Source: Ginglymostoma cirratum
Taxonomy: Eukaryota
NCBI GenBank assembly: GCA_024137785.1
Contig: JAHRHZ010000092.1
Coordinates: forward strand, 874,029-935,451
DNA length: 61,423 nt
Direction: 5' to 3'
Shown here: piece after piece, positions 24,950 through 38,650 of the stretch
How the letters are laid out: each line of letters begins with the position of its first letter
Position numbering within the stretch: the stretch's first letter is position 1
The notes under the pieces: generated by a model
Told to the model about the DNA's origin: nothing
What the model saw: only the letters and a program-made list of their open reading frames with translations
Database searches by the model: none
Made by a program: the position numbers and the translations under genes

Positions 24950-27900
24950 ATCTACCAACCCCTCCATTCCTCTCATGTCCCTTCCCATCGTGAGTTTATA
25001 ATGAGTGTAGCCTGTTTAAGAACCTCAGTACATTAACGCATAGGGCAGAACAACCTGCCAAGTTGTCTTGTGCTGCTGCACCATTTTGGCTATCATGTTT
25101 TTCAATGTCCGATTCATCCTTTCCACAACTCCACTCGACTGTGGTCTCTACAGTACGTGGAATCTGTCTGATCCCAAAATGGGTCATTACATTTTGCATT
25201 ACTTGGGTCGTAAAATGTGTTCTGATTCTATGCTTCAGGGTGTACCCTAATGGGTGAACACCTTTACTGACAGAATTTTTGTGGTAACTCTGGCTGTGTT
25301 TGTCTTCATTGGAAAAGCTTCCACCCATTTAGTAAAAGTATCCACCATTACCAAAATGCATTTGTATCCTCCTAGAATTGGAGGTAGAGGTCCTATATAG
25401 TCAATATATAAATTAATCTATGGCCCTTCTACTGGTATAGTATGTCAGAGGGCCCCCCTCTTAACGCTCCTAATGGGATTATGCTGTGCACAAATCAAAC
25501 AGCTCATCACAGAGTGTTCCCCCTCACCTTTCATTCCAGGCCACCGGCAAACTTCTATTAACTTATCCAGGGTATCCTCTGCCCCTTTATGCCCCCATAA
25601 GTCATGGAATTATTTGATTTCATCCCCTCTCAAGCACCACAAATTTTCCTTCATATTAAACTACTTTGTTCTCGAAATAGATCCCCTTGTGTGCTATACA
25701 TGTGTCTGATTCTGCTCTTTCTGTTAGTATTTTTTTTCAATTCCCTGTCTTTCTTTTACTCCTCTGCTAAATCTGTTACCTCGACCTGTTTCTCCTTCTG
25801 GCCCCCAATTTCTTCAAGTGGTGGCCACCATTCCTGGCCTTTCACGGCACCTTGTTTGGCTAACTCATCAGACTCCCTGTTCCCCCTGAGAGATAATTTT
25901 GAGTCAGGGTTTACTTTCATGACCCATATCCTTTCCTTTGTGCTTCTTCGAAGCTGTATTTTGACAGTGGAACCGAAGGAAGGGGGTTTCCATCCGCTGA
26001 GCCAAATCCTCTCACCTTCCACAGGGGCAAATATTCCGTGAGGCTATTACATGCTGTCAGAGTATATAACAGATCCAGGCAGAAAGCGTTCTGGGTGGTC
26101 ACCCACATCTGCGATGGCTGCAAACTCTACTGGTTCTAGGTAACTTTATCTTTCCTGTCTGTTCCCATCCTCCACATATATCCTGCACCCAGTTTTCCTT
26201 TCTCCTTCCTGTGCTGACGAAAAGCCATCCAGAAAAATTTTGAAATAAGGTTCTTCCTTTCCTTTTTCCTTTGCCTCCCTGATTTCGGGGCCCACCTTAT
26301 TTCCCACCCCTCCATTTGTTTGAATACAAATTGGTCTGGGGACCATTTGCTGTCATCAATTGACATTCACGTTTTTCTCGTTGAGCTGGCTTGTTCTCGT
26401 TCAGACATTTCGTCACCATGTTAGGTGACATCATCAATGGAGCCTTCGATGATGCGAAGTTATTCTATTCCACTTGGAATTTAAAATAATATTTTAAATT
26501 TAAAATAAAATTCCAAGTGGAGTAGAATAATGTCACTTCATTGGAGGCGCCACTGATGATGTCACGTAGCATGGTGATGAAACATCTGAATAAGAAAAAG
26601 CCAGCTTGGTGAGCAAGTCAACAACCTCACCCACAACCGAGCTACAGATCTTTGCCAAAACTTTATTCATGTTTTTCCCCGATACACTAAGTTGTCTGCT
26701 AACATGATGGTGGCTTTTACTCCTTTTATAGTGATATCCCTTCCCTGTAAAAACAGTGTCCATCTAGTGATTCTATTTTGGCTCACTGAACCATCTTTAA
26801 TCCTTCTGCCTAGTCGTAGCTGTATGGGGATATGTTCTGTTAGTATTGTAAGTGGGTTCAGCCCCACTATGTAGGTAAAATGCTGCACTGTGTAGAAAAC
26901 GGCTAGCAGATGTTTATCACATACCATGTACCCCTGCTCTACTGGTGAAAGCATGCGTGAGGCGTATGCTATTGGTCTTAATTTCCCGTGCGTCTCCTGT
27001 AACAGAACTGCCGAGCAAGTTGAGTCTGTGGTGGCTACTTCCAATGAAAATGGTTCATTTGGATTTGGGGTTTTCAGAGTGGGCGCAGGAGCCAGTGCTT
27101 GCTTCAGAGCTGCAATGGCCTGTGTGTGTTCCAGTTTCCACTCCCAGGCCACATGCTTTTTTAATAACTCCGCCAACTGAGATGGGTTTTATAGTGAATC
27201 CATCAATGTGGTCCCTGCAATACCCCAGTAAGCCCAGGAAGGATCTTAACCCTTTAACGTCCTGCAAAACAGGAAGTCTGTAGACTGCCTCTACCCTTCA
27301 TTTGTCAAGTTTTCTTTTCCGTGGTGATAAAATCATTCCCACGTAAGTAACTTTCTGCCTCATTACCAGCGCTTTCTTAGGATTTATCTTCAGACACAAC
27401 TCATGCAACAGCTGCAGCAACTCAACTAGCAGCTGATAATGTTCCTCTTTAGTTTCAGTTAGTAGAAACAAGTCATCTACATATTGTGCCAGACACTCAG
27501 GTTTCAAGAACCCTTGAACCCTTCTCTTAGATGTTGGCGAAATATGGACGGGGAATTATGAAATCCCTATGGCAGGGCGGTTCACCTACATTGCTGGCCC
27601 CAGAAAGTAAACATGAATGTATATTGGTACACTTTCTCCAGTGGGATTGACCAAAACCCATTACTTATTTCCAAAACCCATGAACCATTATGCATTCTGA
27701 TTTTGTTTGACTACTGTTTCTGGGCTAGTTGCTAAAGTGGGGGCTGTTAACGGGATGGCCTTGTTCAGTGTTCTCTAATCTATCCTCAGTCGCTAGCTAC
27801 AGTCCGGCTTCCTCACCGGCAAAATGGGAGAATTGTTAGTGAAAGCTACTGGTCTCATTATTCCTTGTTGCAACAAACTCCGTACTATCTTCCCTACCTC

Positions 27901-28560
27901 TTCTGCCTGCTTCGGAAGGCAACACTGCTTCTATGGTTTGGGGTCTGGACCCTGTATACACGAACTCCCAGCTATCTTCCCACAGTCATATTTATATTGG
28001 GTAAATACCGCTGAGTGCCGTACAATGAGTTGCTGCTCTTCATGGTCGTTACTCATGTCCCCTGGCTTTATTCACATTTCTCCAACCGTGCGTATCCTGT
28101 CCTAGTATTCCACCACCGGGATAAGTGTGTAGTTTTCACTCGTCATACCTTCAGGCATTTGCCAAATCATGCAATTAACGGGATCAAAACAGAGTCCCCT
28201 TTGGGCCATATAGCCACTTCCTAGGATATGTCCTTGTTCGCTGGATAGTTTGATAAGGACTGTTGAATGCTCTAAAACTATGTCTCCCAGACGAACTCCA
28301 ACGGTATGCTCACACTTCCCAATTGTGAATGCCCTGTGAATCTGCTTAGAATGATTTTATTTTGAATTTTCCAATTTCTGCCATTAACATGGGTAGTATT
28401 GATGGTGATTCGGGATTACCCAATGTCCCAAAGGAACGTGACAGTGTGGCCTCACTCAGGATCTCCCAGTTTTGTCCCAATGCACATCACGTACTCGTAA
28501 TGGAGAGGCCAGTGACCATCGATGCGGTACATCCTGAAGATGGTAGTATTTCCATCACAT
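24950..28560 (-). pseudogene. pol: ERV pro-pol (RT, tether RNase H, RNase H, integrase), many stops and frameshifts
   Basis: QYVDDLFL; GLRSFLGLLGYCR; LRPIAYASRMLSPVEQGY; FKIFLDGFSS...GNRESDELAKQGA. Confidence 0.85.
26370..26664. mobile_element. Fold-back non-autonomous PLE-derived insertion in pol
   Basis: Inverted arms related to 51130-51330/52340-52480; ATTCA duplicated at 26365 and 26665. Confidence 0.75.
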
Positions 28561-28581
28561 CACACTGAAGTTTGAGTCCGT

Positions 28582-30100
28582 TCAATCCTTCCGCAGACCC
28601 ATATTTTCACATCTCAGATTTTGGCATTCTCTTGTAAAGTGTCCTTCTTGGCCATAATTGTAGCACCTGGACACCCTGCTTTGAGTTCTCCCTGTCCCTG
28701 AGACATTCCCTCCACCTCTACTTCTTCCCACTGTCGGATAGGCTGGAGGGGGTGCCCTCTGAGTAGGTCTTCTCCCTTTATTTCTCCAGATTGTTGCCTG
28801 ATTCTTAACAGGTATCCTCTGTACACCGGAGGTCTTGAGAAATTTTGTTGTTTCTTTGTCCCATGCTCTAACCATCTTCCTGATCACCCAGCCCTCTGTG
28901 TGCGTGTCATCAGTGGGATCAAACTGCTCTAATGCCCTCCTTGACTCCTCAATGTCATGCAACACTAGCATTCTCAGCCATTGGTTCCTAGCCTGTGCCT
29001 GCAGATTGTTCCTGTCTAAGGCTGTACCATATACGCCCTGAAAAACTACCCAAAGGCATGCTGCAAATGCGGTGGGGTGTTCACCTTTTCTTTAGTAGCA
29101 CTTTGTCAACTCCTCCACTGAATCCCCTCTGTTAGCATCCCATGATATCTAACACCTGGACTTTTAAAGCCTCAGTTGCGCCTCTATCAACTTTCTGTTC
29201 TTCTGGTAAGGCAGAGTGTATGTGCGGGTGCAGGCACATTATTATTAATTTGCTTTCCAAAGCATCATCTAAACCATGTATTTCCCTCTGGTGACTGACC
29301 GCTCGGTACAGCTGCCTAGGATTGTACCCGGGTGTACACGTCCCAATATCTCTCGCAATGTCCCTCCACTGCTGTACCTCCAATGAGGTGAAATATATTT
29401 CCCTCTCACCCTCTACCATCAGCCCAACTGCCTGTAATCCTCCCCCAGTGGTTACAAGAGGTGGAGGGCATTAAGATTGGAGCCAATGGGGTTTCCGACC
29501 CTGGATCATAAGCTGGCAGTGGATCCTCTGGTGGAGGTTCTCTATCATCATGGGCATACCTAGCCGCTCTGTCTGCAAAATCATCCCAATCCATGTCCCC
29601 TTCACTGCCTTCCTCCCTTCTTTTAGATGCAAAGGTGTACATTATGCCTCTCTGCACGGCTAACTGACCTTGCAGTTTCTCTATCTGTCTCTGACATTTG
29701 TGTGATCCTTGGCACTACTCCTCTTCTCCTGAGCTGCTCTCTGAATCATGTTCATTGCAACTTTTAAATCATTACATGTTTGCTTCCATCCTTTCACCTC
29801 AGCTCTAGCTGTTTGGATCTCTCCCTCTCACTTACTCCTTTCACTAACCAGCTTCTCACACTGAATCTAGCACCGGGTCATACATACCTCGTCTGCACTC
29901 CTCTGTCCCTGCAGATCAGTTGCCTTTTCACTAAGATGGGCTACCACCCCACGAAGTCTCTTATCCTCTTCCACTAGTCTTTCCCTCTCTACCTTCTCTA
30001 ACTTGGCTAGCTATAGTGTTCCATCTGTTCATCGATTAAACAGCTGATTGAGACCATCTCTGTACTGTTTTAAATTTCTTGTCTGACAACTTCATTTGAG
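28582..30100 (-). pseudogene. gag: ERV gag (fragmented)
   Basis: ORF pieces 29406-29657 (PPPEDPLPAYDP), 29132-29419, 28582-28971 with zinc-knuckle remnant. Confidence 0.7.
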
Positions 30101-30483
30101 CAACCTACCAAAGGGCTTCTCCAGTGGACTTTGCCTTGTCCCTAGTGTGACTTGCATATTCCCCGTATTGCGGCCACTTCTCTATTATGTATTTCGGGGG
30201 GAGCTCCATGCAACCAGGGCCACCCATTCCCTCCTGATTTGTCATTTTATACTAGTGCCTACAGATTCAACCCAAGCTCCTGTTTGGACCGACTAGAGTC
30301 TCCTGCTGACTCAACGGAGAGATCTTCGCTCTGGCCCCAAGCTCCTGTTTTCTCTGTACTCTACCAATTCAGTTCCACTCGCACCTCCCACTGACACTGC
30401 GGAGAGGTCTTATCTCAAAACTAGAGCTCCTGTTCAGTCCAACCCAAGTCTCCCGCTAACTCAATGGAAGGATCCACCCTTGG

Positions 30484-30501
30484 ATCCAACTCACGGCACC
30501 A
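30484..30501 (-). promoter_or_regulatory. Primer-binding site, tRNA-His
   Basis: TGGTGCCGTGAGTTGGAT vs tRNA-His complement TGGTGCCGTGACTCGGAT (2 mismatches), 5 nt from LTR end. Confidence 0.85.
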
Positions 30502-30506
30502 AAATA

Positions 30507-31331
30507 TGTTCCCGAGAGCTTGGAGAATACCAGCTCTAGTTATCAGCTTATGCAGAGAGAAATGTCAACTGTGTAACCTCACAAATCACTTCATTACCGC
30601 ATTAAACAAGACATGCATTGCTTAAATGTTTTTATCACAAAACTAGACGTTATATATTATCCTACAAACTGAAATAGGATCTACTTGTATACCCATTAGA
30701 GTCCTCTGACACTCCCCAAGTAGCCACAGAATATAAACACTAATACCCAATTAGGATAGCTGCTGCTCTTGATGAGAGCTGACCCTGGCCGGGCACTACA
30801 TTCGATGTCGTCACCATGTCCTTGACATCAGGTCTGCTTCTGCAGTGGTTGGTCTCCAGGGTTTTCACTGCCTGCATTCCCCAAGGGTCGTCATTTTATT
30901 CTTTCTCTTATCTCTCTCTCAAGTCGTGTTGTCTCTTTCCCATTAGCTTGGTCTAATTCACTTATCACTTGCCTTTACTTTATTGGCCCTGGCCCAGAGT
31001 CTTAAGGTCACATTACCTCATTATTTCTCATCCAAATAAGGCTTTTCCATTACCTCATCTTTCTTTCTTTTTGTCGAACTTAGTTAATTCAAACTGGTTT
31101 AAATCGGCTCAAACTAGCAATTGGGCTTAGGTCATTTTTAGTTCGCAAGCTGTTTCATTCTTTGTGTCAGCACCTTTGCATTCATTACCTCCTGTCAGCG
31201 ATATCGGCGGCTGTTACCCTTCTCTCTCTCTTTATCTTTCTGCAACCCCTGGCTAATGTCTCCCCAGGCAGCAATGTGAGCAGCTTGTACCTTTCTCTCT
31301 CTCCCTACCTCTCTGCAGTCTCTGGCTAACA
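30507..31331 (-). repeat. ERV 5' LTR (~825 bp)
   Basis: Minus strand TGTTAGCC...GGGAACA, adjacent to PBS; partial second copy at 16764-16845. Confidence 0.8.
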
Positions 31332-32059
31332 AGGGAAAGATACCGGAAGGAATTCAGTAAACAGGGACGAGGGGAGCGTGAAAGCAATGCTTGGTGAGAG
31401 AAACACAAGAGAGAAAAGAGAAAGAGGGAGAGAGAGAAGAAACGTTAAGATGGAGCACAAGTTTTAGCAAATATTCTCACAAACAAAATCACCAGAGTCA
31501 GTGCCAGATAAATCTTTTACTTGACCCTTCCTTTCTAATAAGGGAGGAAACAGAAGCTGTGCGTCCTGTGAGGAGCCAACCTGCTCTTTTCAAATGATTG
31601 AGGAAAATCCGAAAACCATGTTCCAGAAAGAATGTTTGGACACGCGTCCTTCAACCAATCAGATTGTGTAAATTTGTTCATGTGTAATCCCTCTTCCTGT
31701 AGTTGTTATTCAATAGTAATTGTGAATCTCTCTGACTTGAAGGGTAAAGTGTTTTAGTTTAGTGCCTGGTGTTCGGTGGTTAGTCTGGTTTTCACTCCTC
31801 ACTGTCACTCATTGCCAGCTAGCAGTAGAAGTTTTGAGGAAGGGTCTAGGCCCGAAACGTCAGCCTTCCTGCTCCTCTGATGCTGCTTGGCCTGCTGTGT
31901 TCATCCAGCTCCACACCTTCTGATTTGCAGTCGCCATTTATGACCTCTGCTATTTGAACACTGTTAGTGAACTTTAAACTAGACTTTAATTTTTTAATAA
32001 ACCTTTACCATTTCTACATGAAATACTTTCGATTACTAGTTTTGTTTTCTTAGTAAAAG

Positions 32060-35000
32060 TAATCTATTCGAAATTCACTGAGGGTGGAATTCAATCACTT
32101 GACAACTTAACCAAGTAATTAAACGGAACTTGTTCGGATTCCCCAAGTAACTGGGGGACACTGTATCCTGTAATCTATTGTGACGATGCTGTGACTTTAA
32201 GAGGTTATCTTGGTACTTTTTTGAAGAGAGGCCGTAAGGCAGAGGCATGCAGCAGTCTACCAAGACCACTTGAGTAAACAACGTGGGAGGCTGTGGGATC
32301 AGCGTTTCAAATAACGACCGAAATTGGTGAGTGGCAAATATAGATTCTTTATTAAGCTTCCACAGTAGCACAGTTCGAGGCGGCGACGGAATCCTGAAGT
32401 ACAGTTCTTACATAGAATTTTAATAAATCCCTGTGGTGTTACACAGAAGTGTGTGTGACACATGGGATAACAAGGTGGATGAACACAGCAGGCCCAGCAG
32501 CATCATAGGAGCAGGAAAGCTTGACGTTTCGGGCCTAGACCCTTCATCCAGCTCCACACCTTGTTACCTCGGATTCTCCAGCATCTGCAGTTCCTATTAT
32601 CTCTGTGTGTGACACGTGACCTGGGGAAGCACGAGATTGTTTAAACATTTGCTAAATGCTGGCTGCTGCACGGATTAGGATATCTGCCCCGTCTGTTTGC
32701 ATAATTAGGAGGTTGCTAGTCCTTTTATCTTTTAAGTAAGTAAATGTCAGTAAAAATACTAGACCTTTATGATCTAAATAAATTAGAAATTACACGTGCA
32801 CTAAATAAAAGTATAAAGGATATTAAACTGATTACCGCAGCTGGGTCGTGAGATTTTCTTTACCATTTGCCAGTGTGAGTTTTGTTCATTCATGCAATTT
32901 CACAGAAGCGCTGTTTTGATAATAACTTTCTTAAAGGGGACAGAGACCCTATTCAATATGTATTAAACAGGTACATGCTAGTGGAGGAGATAGCAAGGTG
33001 TAGAGCTGGATGAACATAGCAGGCCAAGCGCATCAGAGAAGCAGGTCTGGACCCTTCAGAAAATATGGAGGAAACTTGTTTGATATTCTTTAACCTATTC
33101 AAGTCCTGAGAGAAGGTTGCTAAGGGACTGATTAATATTATAATCTTTTCATAGTTTCGGGTGGGTCGTGGAGACACTACGGCGGTGATCGTATTGTTTC
33201 TGAATAGGTTAGTAATCTTTGATATTTATTCAGGGGTAGCTTTTGATGTAAATAGGTCTGATAAGGGTTGAAGGTGTGAAGAAGTAGCAATGGATTTGGA
33301 AGGAATGTTTTAATTTAGGCTATCTCGCAATAGTAAAATGCACTACAAAAATCGCGATTTTATGAATGAAAACGCGTTATAGCAAACAGCGAGTTAGAAA
33401 AGGGTTATGAATGAATGGGAATGCGGCATCAGTAAATATAGCGAGCTGGTGAGTGGCTTAGTAAGGAGACTTGTAATACAACATCTCACAGAGGCATTGG
33501 GTTATTTTTAACAGCCTGATTGGGTCTGGCCCTCTCAGATCAGGAGTTCTGGATTTTGGTTTTTTAGTAGCATCAAAAGATTTTGGGAACTCAACAGTTT
33601 TGAAAGATTTAGTAAATGTCTCCCAAACTCTCTAAAATTTCTCTTGATGCTTTTTTCCCTCCTGCATTGGAAAACAGCACGTGAGAATCTATGTGAATTT
33701 GCCTTTTTGCCAAGGGGTGTGTTTATGGGATGTTACTATATTGGAACAGTTATTTAGTGATAGTTATTGTATCTATTATTCTGTTACATGTTCCAAAAGT
33801 TAAGTTTATTCTAAAATCTTCTTTCTTTTTTGTTTGAATTTAAAATACAGTACATGAATAAATTTTGTTTTTGCTTAATGCAGAGTAGCTTCACTAGTTG
33901 AGTTGCAACCGCTAATGTGAAATGTCCTGTTCCATTTAAAATAAGAACAAGTGCAGGTCTAGGTGACATTCTTAAAAGTATTTTGAGGGGGTCTGCTGTG
34001 GTCCATAACACTGCCGGTCTTTTCCCTTGACCTTTGGATGGAAGAATTTGTTCAAATTATCTCCATTTGTACTTAAGCCTCAACTGATTGTCACTCCCCA
34101 GTTGTGACCTCTATTTTTTACAATCATCTTCTGTCCTCCCCCTGTGCCAGTGGTCTTTTCGAGGTTGGCTTTACACCACTTACTTCTTTACCTTCTCAAA
34201 TAATGCAATGGGCCTCTTTACCGCCCACAAACATTTTCTGAAGGAAACAATTCACCTTTTCAGACTAATTTGTTGTTTGCATTTCTAATTTTATAATTAC
34301 CTAAAAAGATCAGAACAATTTAGGGTAAGTTGTTTCCTTCTACTTTTTACTAAATAACAAACTTGGGACTGTAGCTGAACTGGGCCTTTCAAAAATGCCC
34401 CTTCTAATAGTGATTTTATGTTTACAGCTGCCTGTTTATAGAAATGTAATTAACTTCCCTTTCTTGCTATAGAGACCACAAGTCTGTGAACATCTACCCT
34501 ATGTAGCTATCAACCCCTTTAGGCTATCTTGTGTCAGTTAGTCATGTGCTGCTGCAACAACAATATTGGCGGCTGTTGAGTAAAACATGAACTGTAGCTC
34601 CTTCACTGGGTACGGTCCTTATCAGTACATGTTAGGTGTACTAGTTCCCATCACAATGCACTTCAAGTTCACTCTCTCTCCCCAGGCGATTTGAAGACAG
34701 TGGTAGGAGTCTGGTGGATAATCTATGTATTCACATCTGGAAAAAAATGTGGAAATGACAAAATCAGGAAATTGGAACATTGTGTACAGTGGGGGGAGAG
34801 AGAATGGCTGTAAGAAGAAACAGAGAACAGTTATAGTTATTAGCAATTATTATTGAAAGAAATTTCACACGGAGAAACAAGATCATTAGCCCCAGCAACA
34901 GACACATCTTTTACTTGGAGGATCAATTTTAATCAAGAAAGGAGTGAGAAGAGTTTTGTCAGATGTTATGAAGAATCAACCTACTCTTTTCAAAACAGTG

Positions 35001-38000
35001 AGGAAGACAGGAACTTCGTTAAAAATTGCAGTGTTTCAAATACCTCCTTACTCAATCCAATCAGTCAGAATAATTACTATATCCCAATTATTGGCAGGAT
35101 TGAATTTTGGAACAACCCCCCCCCCAAAAAAAACTCTTTCCATCTCTCTTTATTTAATTATTCAATCATTACTGTAATTATCCACATTTGTTTCTGAAAA
35201 GCTTCATCTAAATCCAGAAATGAAGTCCCAGTTACCAGACATGGCCAGATGCTAAATAATTGGATAACAGTGATCTCAGGGAGACTCTTTTGAGAAGAGA
35301 GGCAAATGGTGCAACAAGACTTTAAATTTTGGTTTACAGGATTATAGTGAAAAGTGTACAATGTTGTCATTCCCTGCACCATATTAGTAAAAGCATACCT
35401 AGGTACAAAATTTTAGGTACTACAATAGAAAAATAAAGAAATAAGTTTTAAAAGTATTCACTGCAGTTCTTTTTGTTATAAAGTTAAAAAAAAACAGAAA
35501 AGCATAAGGTTAGAAGTTAAACATTACTGTCCTTTCTTAAGCCAGGGCCTGTAGTTGGTCCATGCTGGCTTTCCCCACAAGGGCATGCTCTCTACTGGCC
35601 TGGGCACACTTTCACCCGTGCAGGGCATAGTCCCACCCAGGCCACAAGCCGCAACATTGCCGACCGCCACTTTGCTCACCAGCCACTTTCATTGGCAGAT
35701 GCTTCACCACTGACCACCAGCTTGGCTCATACTGGGCTCCAACCGCTGCCATGATTCATTGCTGCCGCTGCCTCCACAAACGGGCTTTCTCCAGAAGGTG
35801 AGTTTTAAAAAAAACACTAAAAATAGGTTTTAAAAAAGAGAAAGATAGAAAAAGAGGCGGGGGGGAGAAAATGTGAAAAGGAGAAACAAAAGAAAAGTGG
35901 ATTGAGTGGATGAAACTAGGGCTCAGAGCTTGGACGCTACCTACTCTGTGGCTATGTATGTCTTTCATGGTGCATAGTTGAGCTCATTATTGGACATACA
36001 ACAATAAGGAGGATTCAATCATCTGGCTGTCAGATGGGAATCTGAAATGTCTGCACCATATTCAGACATAAGCACCGCAAGAGACAGCACCCAGTAAGCT
36101 ATGATATGATGAGTCACTGCTTGGAGCTCTACTTTGGTTTCTGTATTGTGGGTGCGCACGCTGATCTCCTGCAACTCTGTTTCCCTCTGTTTGCATCCTC
36201 CTCTATGTCTGTGGCTCTTCTCTGTCTCCTTTCTCTTTTCTCCCTCCATATTTCAGCTTCTACGTCTCTTTTTGTGTCTCTGCAGAATTATTTATCTGCC
36301 TTACCCAATGTTCTTTTCTATCCCTTTTTCTCCATCTTTCCAACGTCAATTGTTCTCTGCCTTTGCCCTCTATCATTTTCTCTTTCTCTCTCTTTTTTCT
36401 CTGTCTTTCTTTCTCTGTCTCTCTGTTTCTTTTTGCCTGTCTTTCTCTGTCTCTCTCTCTCTCTGGAGGTGGTAGAAACAGATAACATAGCAAAGTTTAA
36501 GAAGCATTTAGATAGACATATGAACAGGTAGGAAATAGATGTATGTGGATTATTTACAGGCAAATGGGATTCGTTTAGAATGGCATCATGGTCAGCAAAA
36601 AAGGACTTGATCCTGTGCTGTATTGTTCTATGATATGTCTTTGCCCCTTTCACTCAATGGTTCACTCCTTCAGATTCTCCCTTCTACAACACATCACAAT
36701 CTCTAACTCCCTCTCACCCTACTTCACTCTACATTCTCTCACTATCCTTCTTCATTAAGACAATCTGCAATGGAAATAGAATCAGTCATAGGGCTTTTAC
36801 AGCATAGTGGGAAGCCCTTTGGCCCATTGTTTCTATGCTGGTTATAAAATATTCATGTATTCTAAACCAATTTTCCAGCATTTGGGCAGTAGCCATGTAT
36901 GCCATGGCATTTGAAGAGTTCATCTTAACAGTTCTCAAGTCTTCAAAGTTGTTGCATCTGACACCCATTCAGACAATGAATTTCAAATAACCACTACTCT
37001 GGGTGATTTTTTTCTTCTCTCAACTCCCCTCAAAACATTCTGTTCCTTACCTTACAATTGTGCCCCGGTTATTGACACCTCTACAAAGGGCAAATCTGCC
37101 CTGCCTATGTACCTCAGAACTTTCTCCCCTCCTTGCTCCTTGCCAGCCTTTTCTGCTCGGAGGAAACCAATCCCATCCTATTTAATCTTCCTCCCAGCTG
37201 AGTCATTCCAGTTTCGGCAATATCGAGATGAATATCCTCTGCACCCTATCTAGTCCAATCACATCCTTCCCATAGTGTGGCAATGAGAACCAAACACAAT
37301 ATGTCAACTGTGGCTCTAACTAATGTCATATACAGCACCATTGTAAACTCCTCCCTCTTGTACTCAGTGCCTTGACTAATAAGGAAAGTTACCCATATAC
37401 CTTATATATCTACATGTCCTGCCGCCTTCAAGGATTTATGGACATGCACCAATGTCTCTCTGATCCTTTGTACTTCCTACAATCCTATCATTCAAAGAGC
37501 GCACACTTGCCTTGATAGTCATCCCAACATGCATCACTTCACACTTTTCAGGATTAAATTCCATTTGCCATTGTTCATCTCATTTGACCAGCCACATTTC
37601 TGTGACAGCAATGATATCACACCTTCATGCTTTAATTAAAACACTCAACTCATCCGCCTTACTCACAAAGCTCCTTGCATAAAATAATTGACATTCAGGC
37701 TTGCCATTACTCATTTGTGCTTTAACTTGACTATATTCACATTGCCTTTCAGAATGACTTACCTCTTCTTCTCTACTTGTTTGTGCATCATACCTGACTG
37801 TACCGCCACTCTAAATCTCATCTCCCTGCTAAGTTAGTTTGAACTTCCACCAACCACATGAGCAAATCTCCTTGCAAGGATGTATGTCCCAATTCAGTTC
37901 AGGTAAAACCCATCAGATATGTACAGTTCCTACCTTCCCCAGAAATGGACCCAATGATCCAGGAAACGAATCCCTCCCTTCTATCAAACTCCTCAGCCAC

Positions 38001-38650
38001 TCTTCATCTGTTCAACCATTCTATTCCTCTACTCACAAACACATGGCATTGACAGTAGTACAGAGCTTACAAACTTTGAGATGCTGCTTTTAAATCCGCT
38101 ATCCAGCTCATTATAACTTCTTGTTTCGGTACCTCATCCATCTTTCAACATGTTGTTGGTCCCAGTGTGAACTTTGATTTCTGACTGTTCATCACACAGT
38201 AAATCCTGTTGCGCAGTACTATCATTGTGCTAAATGGAACAGCCATCAAACAGATCTGTTAACTCAAGACTGGGCAGCCATGAGGCACTGTGTGCCAGTC
38301 AACAGCAGCAAAATTATAATCCAGCACAATCTGCAAGCTCATGGCCTAGCACATGTCCCACTTGCCATTACCATCAAGCCAGGGAATCAACTTTTTTTTT
38401 GTTCAATGGACAATGCAGAAAGGCCTGCAAGAAGCACCACCAGGCATAGCTGAAAATGTCAACCTGGTGAAGGTACAGGATAAGACTACGTGTATGCCAA
38501 ACAGTATCACAATAGCAAGTGATCGATGAGACTATGATCCCACTACCAATTTGATCAGATCCACATTCTGCAGTCCTGCGTCCAATCATAACTGGTGGGT
38601 GAACAATTAAAAAAAATTCACTGAAGGCGGAGTCTCCTGAAGTATTCCCA
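32060..38650. repeat. Segmental duplication copy B (paralogous to ~4320-10020)
   Basis: Colinear similarity with copy A, with copy-specific insertions (~32290-33490, ~35546-35970). Confidence 0.9.
34540..34907 (-). pseudogene. TRBV: TRBV30-like V pseudogene B (leader 34907-34871, V exon from 34736, 3' half and RSS missing)
   Basis: Leader MCLLLGLMILFL; exon DVNT*IIHQTPTTVFKSPGE/fs/VNLKCIVMGTSTPNMY**GPYPVKELQFMFYSTAANIV. Confidence 0.88.

Larger units (their letters stand above)
16764..31331 (-). mobile_element. Decayed endogenous retrovirus (5'LTR-PBS-gag-pro-pol-env-3'LTR remnant) with nested insertions
   Basis: 5' LTR 31331-30507 (TG...CA); PBS 30501-30484; gag with degenerate CCHC (CYNYGQEGHFTREC ~28620-28665); RT YVDD (~27480); two RNase H-like domains; integrase ~25600-24950; env 22080-20450; 16764-16845 matches LTR 31249-31329. 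Confidence 0.85.

Noticed and set aside
31740-31800. Minus-strand QTNHRTPGT resembling V FR1
   Set aside because: Too short; no Cys, Trp, leader or RSS support
36019-36653. Hydrophobic or charged ORFs (also 6957-7298)
   Set aside because: Translations of CT/GA-rich low-complexity DNA
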